Shown here in pieces: positions 11,111 to 24,857 of a stretch of 64,000 nt of DNA. The stretch spans positions 1 through 64,000 of the forward strand of contig NW_026859550.1 in NCBI RefSeq assembly GCF_026571515.1. The letters are read 5' to 3'. The notes below the pieces were generated by a model. It was not told the DNA's origin. It made no database searches and worked only from the letters and a program-made list of their open reading frames with translations. Source of the stretch: Ruditapes philippinarum (lineage: Eukaryota). Both the position numbers and the translations under genes were made by a program. How positions within the stretch are numbered: the stretch's first letter is position 1; each line of letters opens with the position of its first letter.

Positions 11111-14100
11111 TATTTTATACAAATATCGGGTGTTGAAATTTTCAAACACTAAAAGAAAAAAAGTTACTAGGATCATAGTGTTTATCCAAAATATAAATCA
11201 TAATCAGTTAGTATTGATCTCCCTCCCACCACTAGGCCCACACACTTTTCAAATGTATATTATGATCACTGTATTTATCTAAACCCATGTCTGTTTTTGA
11301 CTACCCATCAATAAACACTGAAAAGTTTCTTTTTCAGTGTCTAGTCAGCAAAAACATCATTTACAATGAATTTCTACTTTTAAGCTTTTGGTCTGTTTTA
11401 GAAAGGAATAAGTCAGTGACTGGAATAAGAAAAAAATTAAAGAAAAGAGGAAAGAAGGGTTTCAGGACCCACTGTTGTTATAAACGTTTTTTTTGTTAGT
11501 GTCAAATAAACTTTGTTGTTGACCCACTTTTGGTGGTTGTGCCTGCAGTTATCCATATAGAATGCTGCTGAATACAGTTTACTAGAAAAATAGACTGTCA
11601 GAAATTTTAAAATTTAGGCCTTTTCATCGGATGAAAAAGCGGGGCAAGAAATATATTAAAGGGATTTTCTCTAAAAAATCATGTATCAATAAGTTATTCC
11701 AATTAGTAGAGAGGTATAAAGAAGTAAAGGGAAGTAGGCAACCATGATGTAAGGCCACAATACAAGGGGTACTTCTATGCTGTTTATAGACATTCTGGCC
11801 ACAGCAGTCGTTTGGTATCCTAAATGATGAAAAAGTTTGTTGATAAAAGCTGTAAATTATGTTGAGAAAAAAAGGACCAGACAGTCAGTTTAAAGAGGGG
11901 ACTGGTTAAGAAAGGTTCCACTTAACGATGATTTATTGCTAAAGCTTTTATAAGTCGGACATTATGTTTGTTTATTTAAAGATGATCTAGCATTCATTGA
12001 GAAAAAAGCATCTTGGATAAAAAACTAAAAAAAACAGTTCCCATACTGTGATTTTAATGTAGTATCTACTTCCGTAAACTTATAAAATGGAGAAGTCAAG
12101 AGCATTTTTCTCACATAATTCAATTTGCTAAATAAGCTGTCTATTGAAAAATTGATAGTGTTTCAGTAGCTTTTAAAACGTTGTTATTCTCAAATTCGTT
12201 CCTTTAAGGACAATACTATATAATTACCTCCCATCTGTGTCACACTAGTGTATTCTGTTTCAAGCTATTATTTGAACCAGTTGTTACAAAAATGTGTTAA
12301 ATTTCAGGAAAATTGTTATAATTGTAACATCCATTTGTTAAACTTGGTAAATTGATCTGTTGTATTTTAACTGTCAAAAATGGACTTGTCCATCTTTCAG
12401 CCTGGATAAAACCATTAATCATTTTTAGGGAAATTTCCAAAATATGGACTGACTGAATAGCTTGCAGTGTATGCCATCTCAGCTGGCTAAGAGTAAAAAA
12501 GAACAGATTTGAAAATCTGGACATTTTGGCCATTATTTACCATACTCATAACAGTTACTGATTTTGCAGTTAGACACTTGGACCATTTTGTTTTTTAAGA
12601 TGCATTCTTGGCTAATGTGACTGTAGGAGTTTGACAAATAGCTCGACAGCTCAGAATGAGAAATTATGCGGAATTATAGTCAGGCAGTTAAGCTATAAAA
12701 TTTACCTGCCTTCTGCTGTCATTCCTGGTTTACACTGGGGATAAGCTTGGAAAAAGGTACATTTAACAATTGCTGGATAACTACTGATACATGTATATAT
12801 TGGACAGTTTGGATTCCAGCATTGGCTGAAAATATCATGGGTACCCTGGACCACTCTAAACAGGGGTTCCAGATGGATTAGGGAATGGTCACCTTCAATT
12901 GATAGATCAGTATCCAAGTACAAAATGTATCTTGAGTAAAATTCTTTCATATTACGCTAAATAATTTTTACTTTTTTTCATTCATTGACTGATAACTACG
13001 ATATGTAGTGGGCATGTATGATAAATTTATATTTGGGAGCGTCATCAGTGTAGTATAGCAAGTCCAGAATGCATACATTGTATGAATTTAAGCCAAATGT
13101 GTGATGAACGTTTAAGAAATAATATAAGAAATAATTTTCACTGCATAGTGTACATATATTTGGATAACTAAGATTTGAAAAGTCATTTTGACATTTTATG
13201 GCTTTTCGTAAACAAAATCTGCAATTTTTATGGTGATCCATAAATACAAATGAAGTTAATATTCATGAGCTTGCATATATTAAACAAGTTACTATAGGCC
13301 TGTCCACTACCTCAAGGTACACATTGTGTAGTTACTTACAAAGGATTGTCATGTTTGTGCTGAATGGATGACATTTCTAACATTCCAGTGTGGGTAAATG
13401 CAGGTCACCTTTTACATACCTTTCATTAGCAATACAAATTTGTAACTTACTTATAAATACCATAATAACACAGTACCTATAAATAATAAAGTATTTTCAA
13501 TAACGGAATTAACAACGCAATTATGTCAATTAGATTAACATTCCAGCTTGAAATAAATTTAGAAAGACCTCGAGTAAGCATATGTAAAAAATTTAAGCGA
13601 GAGGTGGGGGAGAAAGAGGGGAATGGAAGAGAAGCCATTTTAATGAACAAAGATTTGGGGGGGCAAGGAATGATGGGGGAAAATCCATTGAGACACAATT
13701 CACAGATCTCTGTCAAATTTCAGAGTCACTATGGACTTCCAAATCCTGTCTATTCACACTATTTTTCCCTACACCATTAATTTGCTTCTTAAAACATGCT
13801 TGAAGAGTATACAGTAAGAGTCTTTTTGGCTTTAAATTTGAAAATTTAATGTTAATGTGGAATTTTAGAAAATTTGGTCATTAAGTTTGACTAAAACAGG
13901 TCATTTCTTTTCTTTTTCCACCATTCATTTCCATTTAAAACTGAGAAATATTAAAACGGACGTTTTTACAATTTCTTTGAATTAATATGGGTTAATGCAA
14001 TTTTTTCGTGCATTAACATATGCAAAAGCATAAAGAAGCATTAGGATAATAAGTCCAGCTTTACTAATCATACTAGGGTCAGGCCGTCAAATTGTTTATA

Positions 14101-14600
14101 AAACATATACACTGGTATGCATAATTATGCATTGTCCCTGATGTTTGTTTTATATAAATGTAAAAAAATACATTGTAATAAGTTATTTTATATATATATT
14201 TTATGACATTTTGACGTACTATATATTTCCCAGTGTTATGACCCGAGTGGCCTTATTTTCTGTTTATAGTGTTTTTATAATGAGCTCGCCTTAAGAAAAA
14301 TACTTGTAATTCCTAAAGTCATTAAATATATACTATTTGATAAATTGCTATTGATTATGTTGATGTAGCGATTGAGATGCTAAATTTTGGCCGACAACGT
14401 ACCTGACCCGCAGTTTTTAGATGCTGTTTAAGTATACAAATAGTGTTTTTTCCCACACAGTACTTTGTTAAAATTAGAATGTTTATCAGTTTATATGCAT
14501 GGAGTACATCTTGAATTTCATTAAGGATGTAAATGGTATTTTACCTAAGATGATAACATGATTACAGTGACGGAGAATTTACTGTATAAAATTGAAAAAT

Positions 14601-14890
14601 ATCATCATAATTTTGCCAAGAGGAAATTTGTGGTTTTGATTTTTTGATTTGACGGATAAGAAGGCAATTTTTGATTGACAATGAAGTTTTTATTTATGAT
14701 ATTACATGTACATATGAATTGTACAAAGTAAGAAATAAGGCCTCTGTGGCCTAGTTGTCATTGACTGACTTGTATATGGGCACTGGCTTGGAACCCATGT
14801 CCATTAACTTTCCTGCTGGACTATACATAATACTATTTTTTCGGGTGAAACTTATGCCCACAAATTTCCTTGTGGCAAAATTATGATGAT
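14601..14890. repeat. 33-bp inverted repeat pair (MITE-like) enclosing a tRNA/SINE-head-like fragment
   Basis: ATCATCATAATTTTGCCAAGAGGAAATTTGTGG (14601-14633) matches the reverse complement of 14858-14890 with 2 mismatches. Internal GGCCTCTGTGGCCTAGTTG...TTGGAACCC. Confidence 0.7.
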
Positions 14891-15980
14891 TGAAAATTTT
14901 GTCCATCCTCTTTTGTGCCCTCCCTACTGCAGTGGGTTGGAATAATTGTCAATTTGATATGATAAAACTGGCCAGCTAGTTTTCTGAATAATTTTGTTTA
15001 AGCTCTAGTAATTGCTTTCATATGGTATTGTAATTAAGTGCACCTGTCCTTCCAGTATGGCTGGGAGCCTAATATGACATGGCGTTATTGCTTTATAAAT
15101 GCATATAATATATGTATATCAAACAATGCAATTGTTACAACTGTGTGTATTTTGTCTAACACTGATTTGCAAATATTCATGTCAGTGTGTTATATATTTA
15201 TATATCATATTCAGTTTGATTAAAATACTCTTACATATCTGTTTTGAGGACAGTTACTATTTTCATAACACTATGATATAATATTTTATATTATACATCC
15301 CAGTAGCTTTATTTTTTGCAAGAAGATTTGATCTTGAGATGGCCACACACTATGTCAGTTACAAGAACCATAAAAATTGATCTCGCAAAAAAACGCAAAC
15401 TATGTGTAGATATAATTTGGCACTTGTCTTGTAAACATCAAAATTAAAGAGATAAAACACTTGTTAAATCTATGTTAATATGCAGCCTTGAAATAGGACG
15501 CATACATAGAAGATCACTTTATCTCGAAATAAATCTGTTAAGAAATCAGTTAAAATCAAGTGGTAAAACGCAATAAATATTTCATGTTTGCACACATTGA
15601 GCAATCTGATGCAAGGTGTCCATTGAATTTTAAATGTGCATGATATTATTTACATATAAACAAACAAGTGGTGTTATGTTTGAAACTTAGATTGATGTTT
15701 TAGTGTAATATTTTAGCTGAAGTTTTTTTGTATTTATCATACATTTTATTGTTTATTGACCCGCTTGACATTTATTATCATATTGTTTTATCATATTAAA
15801 TAAGAAATAAGAAGAAATTTGCAAAAAAGTATATTATTTTTGGGTTCCTCTCAAGGTTTGAAACTGGTTAATCTGTAGATTTGAAACTGGCTTCCACATG
15901 TCTGTAATTCTTTAAGCAATCCATGAAAATAATTGTTCTATATTAATATGCAATTACCATTGTCTTTAATTTCTTTACAG

Positions 15981-16075
15981 AGGAGAGGAAATTGTTGGAT
16001 GACGAAAGAATTCTATACGTGCAGTTGAACTGGGGGAAAGATGTACGAGAAGGCAGATTTTTGCTACGCAGAGAG
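15981..16075 (+). CDS. AFDN: Afadin exon 3 (end of RA1; EERKLLDDERILYVQLNWGKDVREGRFLLRRE)
   Basis: ttctttacag acceptor, GAG|gtacgc donor, phase 1 to 0; conserved VQLNW.KD.REGRF motif. Confidence 0.96.
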
Positions 16076-16459
16076 GTACGCAGATTTTATTAATTTAATC
16101 CTTAATCTTCTGATATAAAATATTTATTATTACTTGAAATTTTGATATATACAATCATGTAGGATCAGAAAAAGGAAAATTTTAATGTTAAAGGTCACTT
16201 TTCTCCTATTTAGATATGTTAGGATGTAATAGCTGTTACGTTTAAATTACATTTGTTGTGAACTTTAATCAATTTATGGCTTGAAGTTGTGAATGTGTTA
16301 CTTAAGCAGTCTAGTGCAGGTCTTTGAAAGGGTGAAATTTCTCTTTTACCAAGATGTAATTGTATGTAAAATGTATCACCAGAATGTAGTGAATATGGCA
16401 TTCGGTCTGAAATAAGTGATGGAAATATCTTATGTTTAGTTATATTTACACAATCTAGT

Positions 16460-16737
16460 GGTATCCGTTGCCGAGTGGTTAAGGTTGTTGACTTCAAACC
16501 ACTTGCCCCTCACTGTGGGTTCAAATCCCTACAGAGACTTTGGATTCTTTCATGTGAGGAAGTTATCCAGCTAGCTTACAAAATGTTGGTGCCTCTACTC
16601 AGGTGCCCGCTCCTGCCTGAAATTATACATGGAAGGACACCTGAGGTCTTCCTCTACCAGTAAAGCTGGAAAGTTCCCATATGACTTATACTGTTTTGGT
16701 GTGACAAAAAACACAACCCAAAAAAAAAACAACAACT
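16460..16737 (+). mobile_element. tRNA-derived SINE, family A (best-preserved copy)
   Basis: A box TGCCGAGTGG, B box GGTTCAAATCC, body TCATGTGAGGAAGTTATCCAGCTAGCTTAC...GGTCTTCCTCTACCAGTAAAGCTGGAAAG, and an A/C-rich tail. Similar copies occur elsewhere in the window. Confidence 0.85.
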
Positions 16738-17079
16738 AAAAGCACAATTTCTGTATTTACATTATAAAGATTTTGATACATTTGCATCCTGAAATTGTTT
16801 TTAATGCTAAATAGTATTTAGTGCTATTGTTTTCTTCTCAATATTGTTAAGGGCGCTTGTTTTCTATCAGACCAGTGTTTAGGACTTGGCAATTGTATAA
16901 AGTTTTTTTGCCCCTGAACATACAACAAAATTTTACATCCAGTAAAACATTCAGCTTATATTTAAAAAAAAAAATCTTTTACACATGTTTATATAGAAGG
17001 CTGAACTATAGATTTGCCTTCGATCATTCTGTCCATCTGTTTTGCTGTCTAAAAAAGTTTTTTTCCTCACCTGTTTTAG

Positions 17080-17353
17080 GGTGCATCTGCTGCCCCAGAG
17101 AAAGAAAGTGGTCCAGGATTCAAAAGAAAGTTGTCAAAAAGAGAAAAGAAAGAAAAGAAGAAAGCAGATAAGGAAAGAAAGATGAACAAAGAAAATGTGG
17201 ATAAGAATGGGGGTGTGGCCCAACAGTTGTATACTGACGCCCCTGAGACTAGTTTTACTCGGAGTATTTCCAATCCGGAGGCAGTTATGAGGCGGCGAAG
17301 GCAGCAAAAGTTGGAGAAAAAGTTACAACAATTTCATGGACAAAATGGCCAAG
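17080..17353 (+). CDS. AFDN: Afadin exon 4 (basic KRKLSKREKKEKKK stretch; LYTDAPETSFTRSISNPEAVMRRRRQQKLEKKL)
   Basis: ctgttttag acceptor, G|gtagga donor, phase 0 to 1; motif conserved in afadin/canoe. Confidence 0.96.
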
Positions 17354-20300
17354 GTAGGAATTATATTTTTATTCATGAAAACTGCCCTTTTTTGAAACTT
17401 CAAATCTTCAGGCAGCTCCAGAGTCAGCAAATTTAGGAAATGTTCTCAATATTGACAAGTGTAAGAACAATGTGAAATGCAAAACTAGCCCTTACTCTGT
17501 TGGTAACAGGATCCTGTCCTACTCTACATAAAACATACAATACATGGTATGTATTATTATACTATTGTAGTTATACATTCTGAAAATTATTTTCATCTGG
17601 ATGTGTGCTACTTTTCAACAGTTTCAGTATGGACACCCTTTCATTTTAGAAATTTTTGAGAATCTGCTTTCATAATTATAGATATTTACTGATTACTATG
17701 TTTTGTTTTGCCATGTAGGCAAAGAATTACATTACAACAGACAACTTAAGTTAAACACTTGAGTCTCGCACCATGTTCATGTTTGGTGCAAACTTGACCT
17801 TGAGGTGCATAGCAACACACTCTTTTTCTGTAGTTTCTTCCTTTATGCTGGTTTATGTTGATATGACCCTAATTGAGTTTGGGGTCAAATAGATAATACA
17901 GATAGTGTTGAGTGTGTTATTTTAAGGATACATTGTTTGCTTGCTCACTGAGGTTTTTCATGACATGTTAATCTTGGAAGTTGCCATACATTAAAAGCCA
18001 ACAAAAAACAACAAAGAAAAACAACTTAAAAAAACAACAACAAATGAATCAATAACCAAAAAAGAAGTCACTATTTTAGCAATTTTTAGTGAAAAATGAT
18101 AAGTATTAGTGTGTATATGGTAATTTTCAATATTTTTGGCAGCCATCTTGGATGCCATCTTGGATTTCTCTACCTGCACTGTGATTTAAGACAATCACCC
18201 TTGATATTATTGCATTTCAGATATTTCTAGATTCAGTTTTTCTATAAAATTTGTTAGGGGATCCCTCGTCCCTCAGATACTATGGTAATAGTCATGTGCT
18301 GTTTTTGCAGTTGCAACCATAGCACTCTCTTATATTCCCTTGTCCAAAACCTTGAATTTTATCAAAAGCCTCAAGATGTTCACTGAACTTCAAAAATTAA
18401 TTAAACCCATTTTCCATTGGACCACAACATGTACAACAGGTCATTAATTTAGTCTGATCAGGTTAAAGGGGATTCATAAACAATTAAGATAGCTAGTCCA
18501 TGAAAATTCTCTGTGACAGTAATGGGGGATAGTCAGTCTTTGTGGCATTTGTTTGTGGCAACCTTCTCACCTGTGTTTTGTCAGCCAGATACATGCTTAT
18601 CAGCAATGTCAGCTAAATCAGATTAGAAGATGAAATAGAATTAATTACTGTAGTGTAAATAAGTTCTCCTGTAGGATGTGAAATGACAGTTTTGTTGTTT
18701 TCTTAGCTGAGCTCATTAGTTCATTATCAGGCAGCTTGATGTTTACAGCTTTTATCTAGGATATAAATACATCAGAGTATGCCATTGTCTTGAGAATATC
18801 AGTCCCATAGCATAAATACCAAAGTGACAGACCCTGATTGATACAGGTACTGTACATACTGTATAACAGAACTGTCTTATTTTGCACTACAATCAAATAA
18901 CCACTACCATCTTATCAAACAGAGCATACATTTCTGCATTTACAAAATTTTGTGTCTTGTAAGAACTTACTTTATGGTCTTTTTGGTATTTTATAAAAAA
19001 TTTAGTATTTTCGAAGGATTTTGGGTGTTTTCTAGGGATAAGGGCAAGTTAAAAGGATTTAGGGCAGGTTATACATGTATTGATAAGCGACTGCTATATA
19101 ATGTAATAATTTTTCAGAACAATCATAATAGCATCAAGATTTTCCAGAAAGGTATCCTATATCCTTAGAAAAATAGGCCATAGAATCTTTCATTACTTGA
19201 ATTTCATGAAACGGGTATCCATTATAAAAATTTAGGGAACATGGCCTGTAATTTATCTAAATTTGCAATAAAAATGTTACAACATTAAATTGAATTGCGA
19301 TTGAAGTGCTATCTAAAGTAAATTACTCTTGTAGTAGTGTAATTAAATAGCCTTTTGTGGTAAATATGTCTTAATAGATTGCACATATTCTGTTTTATGA
19401 ATAAAATAAAGTTATGATAAACTTCCAGATTAGATGAAACGATAAGGACAGCAGAGATCAAATTTGGAGATATGTGGGTTCTTCCCGATAAATCCATTAA
19501 TTGACCCAGTCTTCTTAATATTGTCTTTTAAATTGATTTACCTGTACGAAATGCCTGAATTGTTCAAGTTGTATTTCTTTGACCATAAATATTTATGTAT
19601 TATCAATTTCTATTATACTAGTTTAAGGTAATTTACGTTTTTAAAATGTTATATATAATTTGATGATGGGAAAAATGTGGCACATTTATAGATGCATATT
19701 ACAAACCTTGAAGTAGTATAAACATACAGGAAAAAGTTTGTTTTCTCAAAAGTTAGAAATAAATTGCATTTTCTGCACCAGTTGATTTAATGAAAAAAGC
19801 TATCTTTACTAGTGTTGTTAAACGAATGAAAAGGGTTAAACTTCACTATTGCAGGCTAGGTAAACATTAGTTTAATAATACTTGTGTACCTTGTAAATTT
19901 GTTTCAGTTTCAGGGCAAACCAATTAATTAAAATTTTCACATATGACATTGACAAATTGTTTAATTGAAAATAAGTGAAATGTGAACTTTACAAGTCTTA
20001 TTAGAGGGGAATTGTGATTGAGAGTCATGTAAACGCAGAAAGGTTCTTCAATCAATAAGAAGAACAACACAGGTTTGAAACCCCCGGTTGCATGTCATTC
20101 ATCTCAGTATAGTATTCTGCGCCTTACCACCTGTATTCCACTGTACTTTAAGATAATTTTGATATCTTATGGGGATTATACTGACTGAGATTTTGCCCAG
20201 AATATTGAGCCACTCTAGCCTGCTCATCCATGAAGTCAAACCAGACTATCCTGGAATGGATGCTTTACATTTAGTATTTGATTCCGAAATCCCTAAAAAC

Positions 20301-21299
20301 AATGCTGTCCTGTAGCTGTCTGAATTCAAAGTCATGAAAATCAATTAAATAGTAAGTAACAAAATGAGGGTAAAATTTTTTATTTATCAACCCAAATACT
20401 TCAGAGCAGAAAAGTAAAATGTAGCAAAATAGAGCATATAGTATATGATATCTAAATACTCTGGAGAAACATTGGAGAAATGGAAGAAATGCTTGTAAAG
20501 AAGATATTATAATGGTTACTTGTCATGCAATGCTGTAATGTAAGACCCTGTTAACATGAAATTTGTATCGTCTGTACTTTTACCCTCTGACATTTCATAA
20601 CAAATTATGTTTTCTAAGCTAGTGTATTCAAAGAATAATTGTGCTTTTCTACTCATGCTGGAATTTGCATATTGGCATGCCACTTCAATTTCTTGGTTAG
20701 AATTTATATGTTATCTCATTGAAGTTATTTATATAAAACTTTACGGATTGTAATCGTTTGCCACCTTTTCTAAACACATGACTTTAGCATTTACCATTTT
20801 GAAGGCAAATAATTCCTGCATACCTTCTATATAATAATTAAGGTATAAACACTGAATTTCAAAACCTTTTGCTAGTGTAAGGTTTAAGATTACGATAACT
20901 TCTTTTTTCAGTATGCATTTTTGTGCACTCCTTGGGGGAAAAAAAAGGCTTGGTATTTTAGTTGTTGCCAGTGAACAGGGCCTAACATGAAAAAATGTAA
21001 ATTAGTATAATCACTCTAAGCAAGTGTCTAGTGTTACAGTCCAGCTGATAACCTTGTTGGAATGTGGAACAAACAATAGGATAAACAATGTCAAATGTAA
21101 TTAGCTAAATCGTAGACTTTGAGTGCTCTGTGCTGATAAAATACAAGTGGATTATCTGGTTCACTTTAGCAAGATGGGTGCTAATCTTGATGGTTCACAA
21201 AGATTTTATTTACTGTATTTGATATAGATTCTTAAGTACCACTTGACTTTATTGCTGCAGAGTTCTTTATATGACTATTGTGGAAAGTTTCAAAGTTTT

Positions 21300-21735
21300 T
21301 GAAGTTTAAACCTAAAGGAAGGTTTGAATCTGTATTTAACAGGTTTACCCCTCTGGTGGATCTGAATGTTTACTTGACAGGTTTAAACCTTGGATGGGTT
21401 TTAATTTGTTTTGTTTTTTACTACAAGTTTGTCTGAATGATTACTGAACAGGATTGAACCTCAGGAGTGTCCAAGTATTACTCGATAGGTTAACACTACT
21501 AGTGGGTCTGAATGTTTACTCCTTGGAAGGATTTGAATGTTTATTGAACAGGTTTAAACCTTTAGAGGTCTGAATTTTTTCAGGTTTAAACTTTGGGAGG
21601 GTCTGAATGTAAAGGCAAGCAGTTTAGAATTTTTAAAGGCTCTGAAATTTTTCAGGTTTAAACTTCAGAAAGGTTTGGATGGCAATGCAACAGGTTTAAA
21701 CCTCAGGATGTTTATATGACAAATTTAATCCTTTA
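21300..21735. repeat. Degenerate minisatellite (about 40-bp period) with AGGTTTAAACCT core
   Basis: Recurrent CAGGTTTAAACCT..GG...GTCTGAATG units. Boundaries approximate. Confidence 0.65.
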
Positions 21736-22375
21736 AAAAACTCCAGTGTCAGATTTGAGTCTCAAGGGAAGCACAATTCATGTACATGTGATATTATTAT
21801 TTTCAGATTTATAAGATATAATCACACAATTATTAGGTCATATCCCACAGCCATTTTACTATCGTGATAATCTAAAATTACTTCTAGAGAACATCAGTCT
21901 GAGATCATATTTGGAAACAATGATTGCATGGGTAGAAGTCGTTAACTTTTGATAACTGTCTACTCACTCAATTCTGAGACACAATTGTAATATAGGGCCA
22001 TGCAAAAAGTAACAAAGTTGATGTCTTACTGGATCTTCTTCTATTTTTATATTACAAAATATGGTGATAAATTGATATAAATACTTGTGAAAGTGAATTA
22101 AGGTATAACCATCTAACGAGCACAAATTGACAACATAGTTCGCATATATACTTTAAAGGAAACCTGTGTCAAACTTGACTGTATGGAAATCAAATAATGC
22201 CCACTTTTCTTAATTATTAATAAACATACTCGTATTAATATTCTATTTTCCCACCATTTAAAGTTAATGCTTTTAAGGAAAGGCATTTTACTGTATTAAT
22301 AAGTATATTATTGTTATTGTTTAGCATGTAATAGACTTTTTAATGAATATTTAACAGTTGCTGTCTTTATGATAG

Positions 22376-24857
22376 TTAACCAGGTTTTCCGAAGATCACG
22401 GGCGGGCGGGCGTAAACAATTTCTTCTGTGCGCAACTCCTCCTACATTTCTCAACGGATTTTGACCAAACTTTCACAGAAGCTTTGTCATCAAGTGCCCT
22501 GGCGCATATTGTCGGGGTTTTGCGATTAGATAATATTTGACCTAATTATGGCCCTTTGTTTTTTTTCCTTATATAAAATATATAGTGAACAATTTCTTCT
22601 GTGCGCAACTCCTCCTACATTTCTCAACAGATTTTGACCAAACTTTCTCAGAAGCTTTGTCATCAAGTGCCCTGACACATATTGCCAGGGTTTTGCAATT
22701 CATGAATTGGTATATATTTGACCTAATTATGGCCCTTTGTTTTTTTTCCTTATATAGAATATATAGTGAACAATTTCTTCTGTGCGCAACTCCTCCTACA
22801 TTTCTCAACGGATTTTGACCAACCTTTCTTAGAAGCTTTGTTATCATATTGTCAGGGTTTTGTGATTGGATAATATTTGACCGAATTATGGCCCTTTGTA
22901 TATTTTTTCCTTATACAGAATATATAGAGAACAATTTCTTCTGTGCTCAACTCCTCCTACATTTCTCAACGGATTTTGACCAAACTTTCTTAGAAGCTTT
23001 GTTTTCAAGTGCCTGGCACATATTGTCGGGGTTTTGTGATTGGATAATATTTGACCGAATTATGGCCCTTTGTATATTTTTTCCTTATACAGAATATATA
23101 GTGAACAATTTCTACAGTGCGCAACTTCTCCTACATTTCTCAATGGATTTTGACCAAACTTTCACAGAAGCTTTGTCATCAAGTGCCCTGGCGCTCACTA
23201 AATTCCCATGTTTCTTCCAAGACATCATTCAAGTATTTTTATGCCACCGCAGCATCTGCGATGCGGTGGCATATAGCGATTCACCTGTGTGTGTGTGTGT
23301 TTGTGTGTGTGTTTGTGTGTGTGTTATATAGATTATATAGTGAACTTAAAAAATCTTCTTGTGAAAAACCACTAGTCCAATTTCAACCAAACTTGGCAGG
23401 ATTGTTCCTTGGGTGAAGGGCTTCCAAAGTTGTTCAAAGAATTTCATTCCATGCAGAAATCTGGTTGCCATGGCAACCAAAAGGAATTATAAGAATAAAT
23501 TTAAAAAATCTTCTTGTAAAGACCCAAAAGGCCTAGAGCTTAGATATTTTGCATAAGGCATTGTCTGGTAGACCTCTAACAAGATTGTTCAAATTATAGC
23601 CCTGGGGTCAAAATTGGCCCCGCCCCGGGGGTCATTGATTTTCACTATGTACATATAGTAAAAACTTAAAATACCTTCTTGTAAAGACCCAAAAGGCCTA
23701 GAGCTTAGATATTTTGCATAAGGCATCATCTGGTAGACCCTTACCAAGATTGTTCAAATTATAGCCCTTGGGTCAAAATCGGCCCCGCCCCGGGGTCATT
23801 GATTTTCGCTATATGTACATATAGTAAAAACTTAAAACACCTTCTTGAAAAGACCCAAAAGGCCTAGAGCTTAGATATTTTGCATAAGGCATTGTCTGGT
23901 AGACCTTTACCCATATTGTTCAAATTATAGCCCTGGGGTCAAAATCGGTCCCGCCCCAGGGGTCATTGGTTTTCCTTATATGTATATAGTAAAAACTTAA
24001 AAAAAATTCTTCTAGCAATTGACAAAATTTTAATGCTAGAGGTAAGATATTTTGCATGAAACATTGTGTTGTAAACCTCTAGCAAGATTGTTAAAATTAT
24101 AGCCCTGGGGTCAAAATTGGTTCCGCCCCTGGGGTCATTGATTTTCATTATGTACATATAGTGGAGAAAAAAAATTTTGTCTGAAGGTTCAAGGCATAGA
24201 GCTTTGATGTTTGATATATAATATCATCTAAAGCCAAAGGTCCTCTATCAAAGTTGTTCAAATGTCAAAAATTGGCCCTGCCCGGGGGCAGTGATTCTCA
24301 TTATGTACACATAGTAAAAACAGAAAATAAAACAAATGTTTTCTGAATGGGAGAAAGTTATCGCTTAGATATTTGACTTGAAATGTTGTTTTTTGGAGAG
24401 GTATCAAGATTGTTATTAAACCCTTGGGTCAAAATTATGCCTTGCCCAAGGGGACAGTGACCTACTTTCTTGTCCTTTGATGTACAGCTATGAAATTTGA
24501 ACCATGCGGTGGCATAGCATTTTTCTCAAATGCAATCTTGTTTTAAAATTGTGAACATACTTTTCTTGATATCGCACAAAACACCACACGCCAATATTGT
24601 TGACAAAAGAAAATGACAAGAGACGCAAAAATGCAAAAATTAAGCAAAAATAAAGTACTGTTTACCTTTCTAAAACATTTGGGAAAAAAAGGTGAATAGA
24701 CAACATAAAATTTCTCAATCATTTTTGTTTGAGGAATATTAAAAAAGCCATAATTCCTCCTAAAAGTTCAATTAAAAACAAATGCCCCTTCATGACAAAG
24801 CTTCTGTGAAATATTTTGCTGAAAACCTGGTTGCATCGCATTGCGATGTTCCTTGTT
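22376..24857 (+). mobile_element. Helentron-type non-autonomous element (HINE), outer element with about 173-bp tandem array
   Basis: Subterminal IR AACCAGGTTTTC (22378) / GAAAACCTGGTT (24821-24832); (GGGC)n microsatellite; about 4.5 units starting 22415, 22588, 22769, 22930, 23104; 3' hairpin CATCGCATTGCGATG; CTTGTT end in a T-rich target. Confidence 0.8.
23238..24542 (+). mobile_element. Second HINE nested inside the first, with about 165-bp tandem array
   Basis: 5' hairpin ATGCCACCGCA..TGCGGTGGCAT (23241-23272); (TG)n 23286-23324; repeat units at 23521, 23686, 23852 plus diverged copies; 3' IR TGCGGTGGCATA, small hairpin GCATTT..AAATGC, then CTTGTT. Confidence 0.8.

Noticed and set aside
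16460-16530. tRNA-like sequences (also at 35187, 43320, 58126)
   Set aside because: A and B boxes are present, but there is no complete cloverleaf and each runs into a SINE body and tail; these are SINE heads, not tRNA genes.
18060-18290. Paired GCCATCTTGGA (YY1-like) motifs and a 62-aa ORF
   Set aside because: Looks like a decayed interspersed-repeat fragment; no termini could be defined.
22569-24157. ORFs 22569-22847, 22585-22818, 22849-23331, 23117-23416, 23963-24157
   Set aside because: Translations of tandem satellite units and a TG microsatellite inside HINEs; internally repetitive with no protein hallmark.
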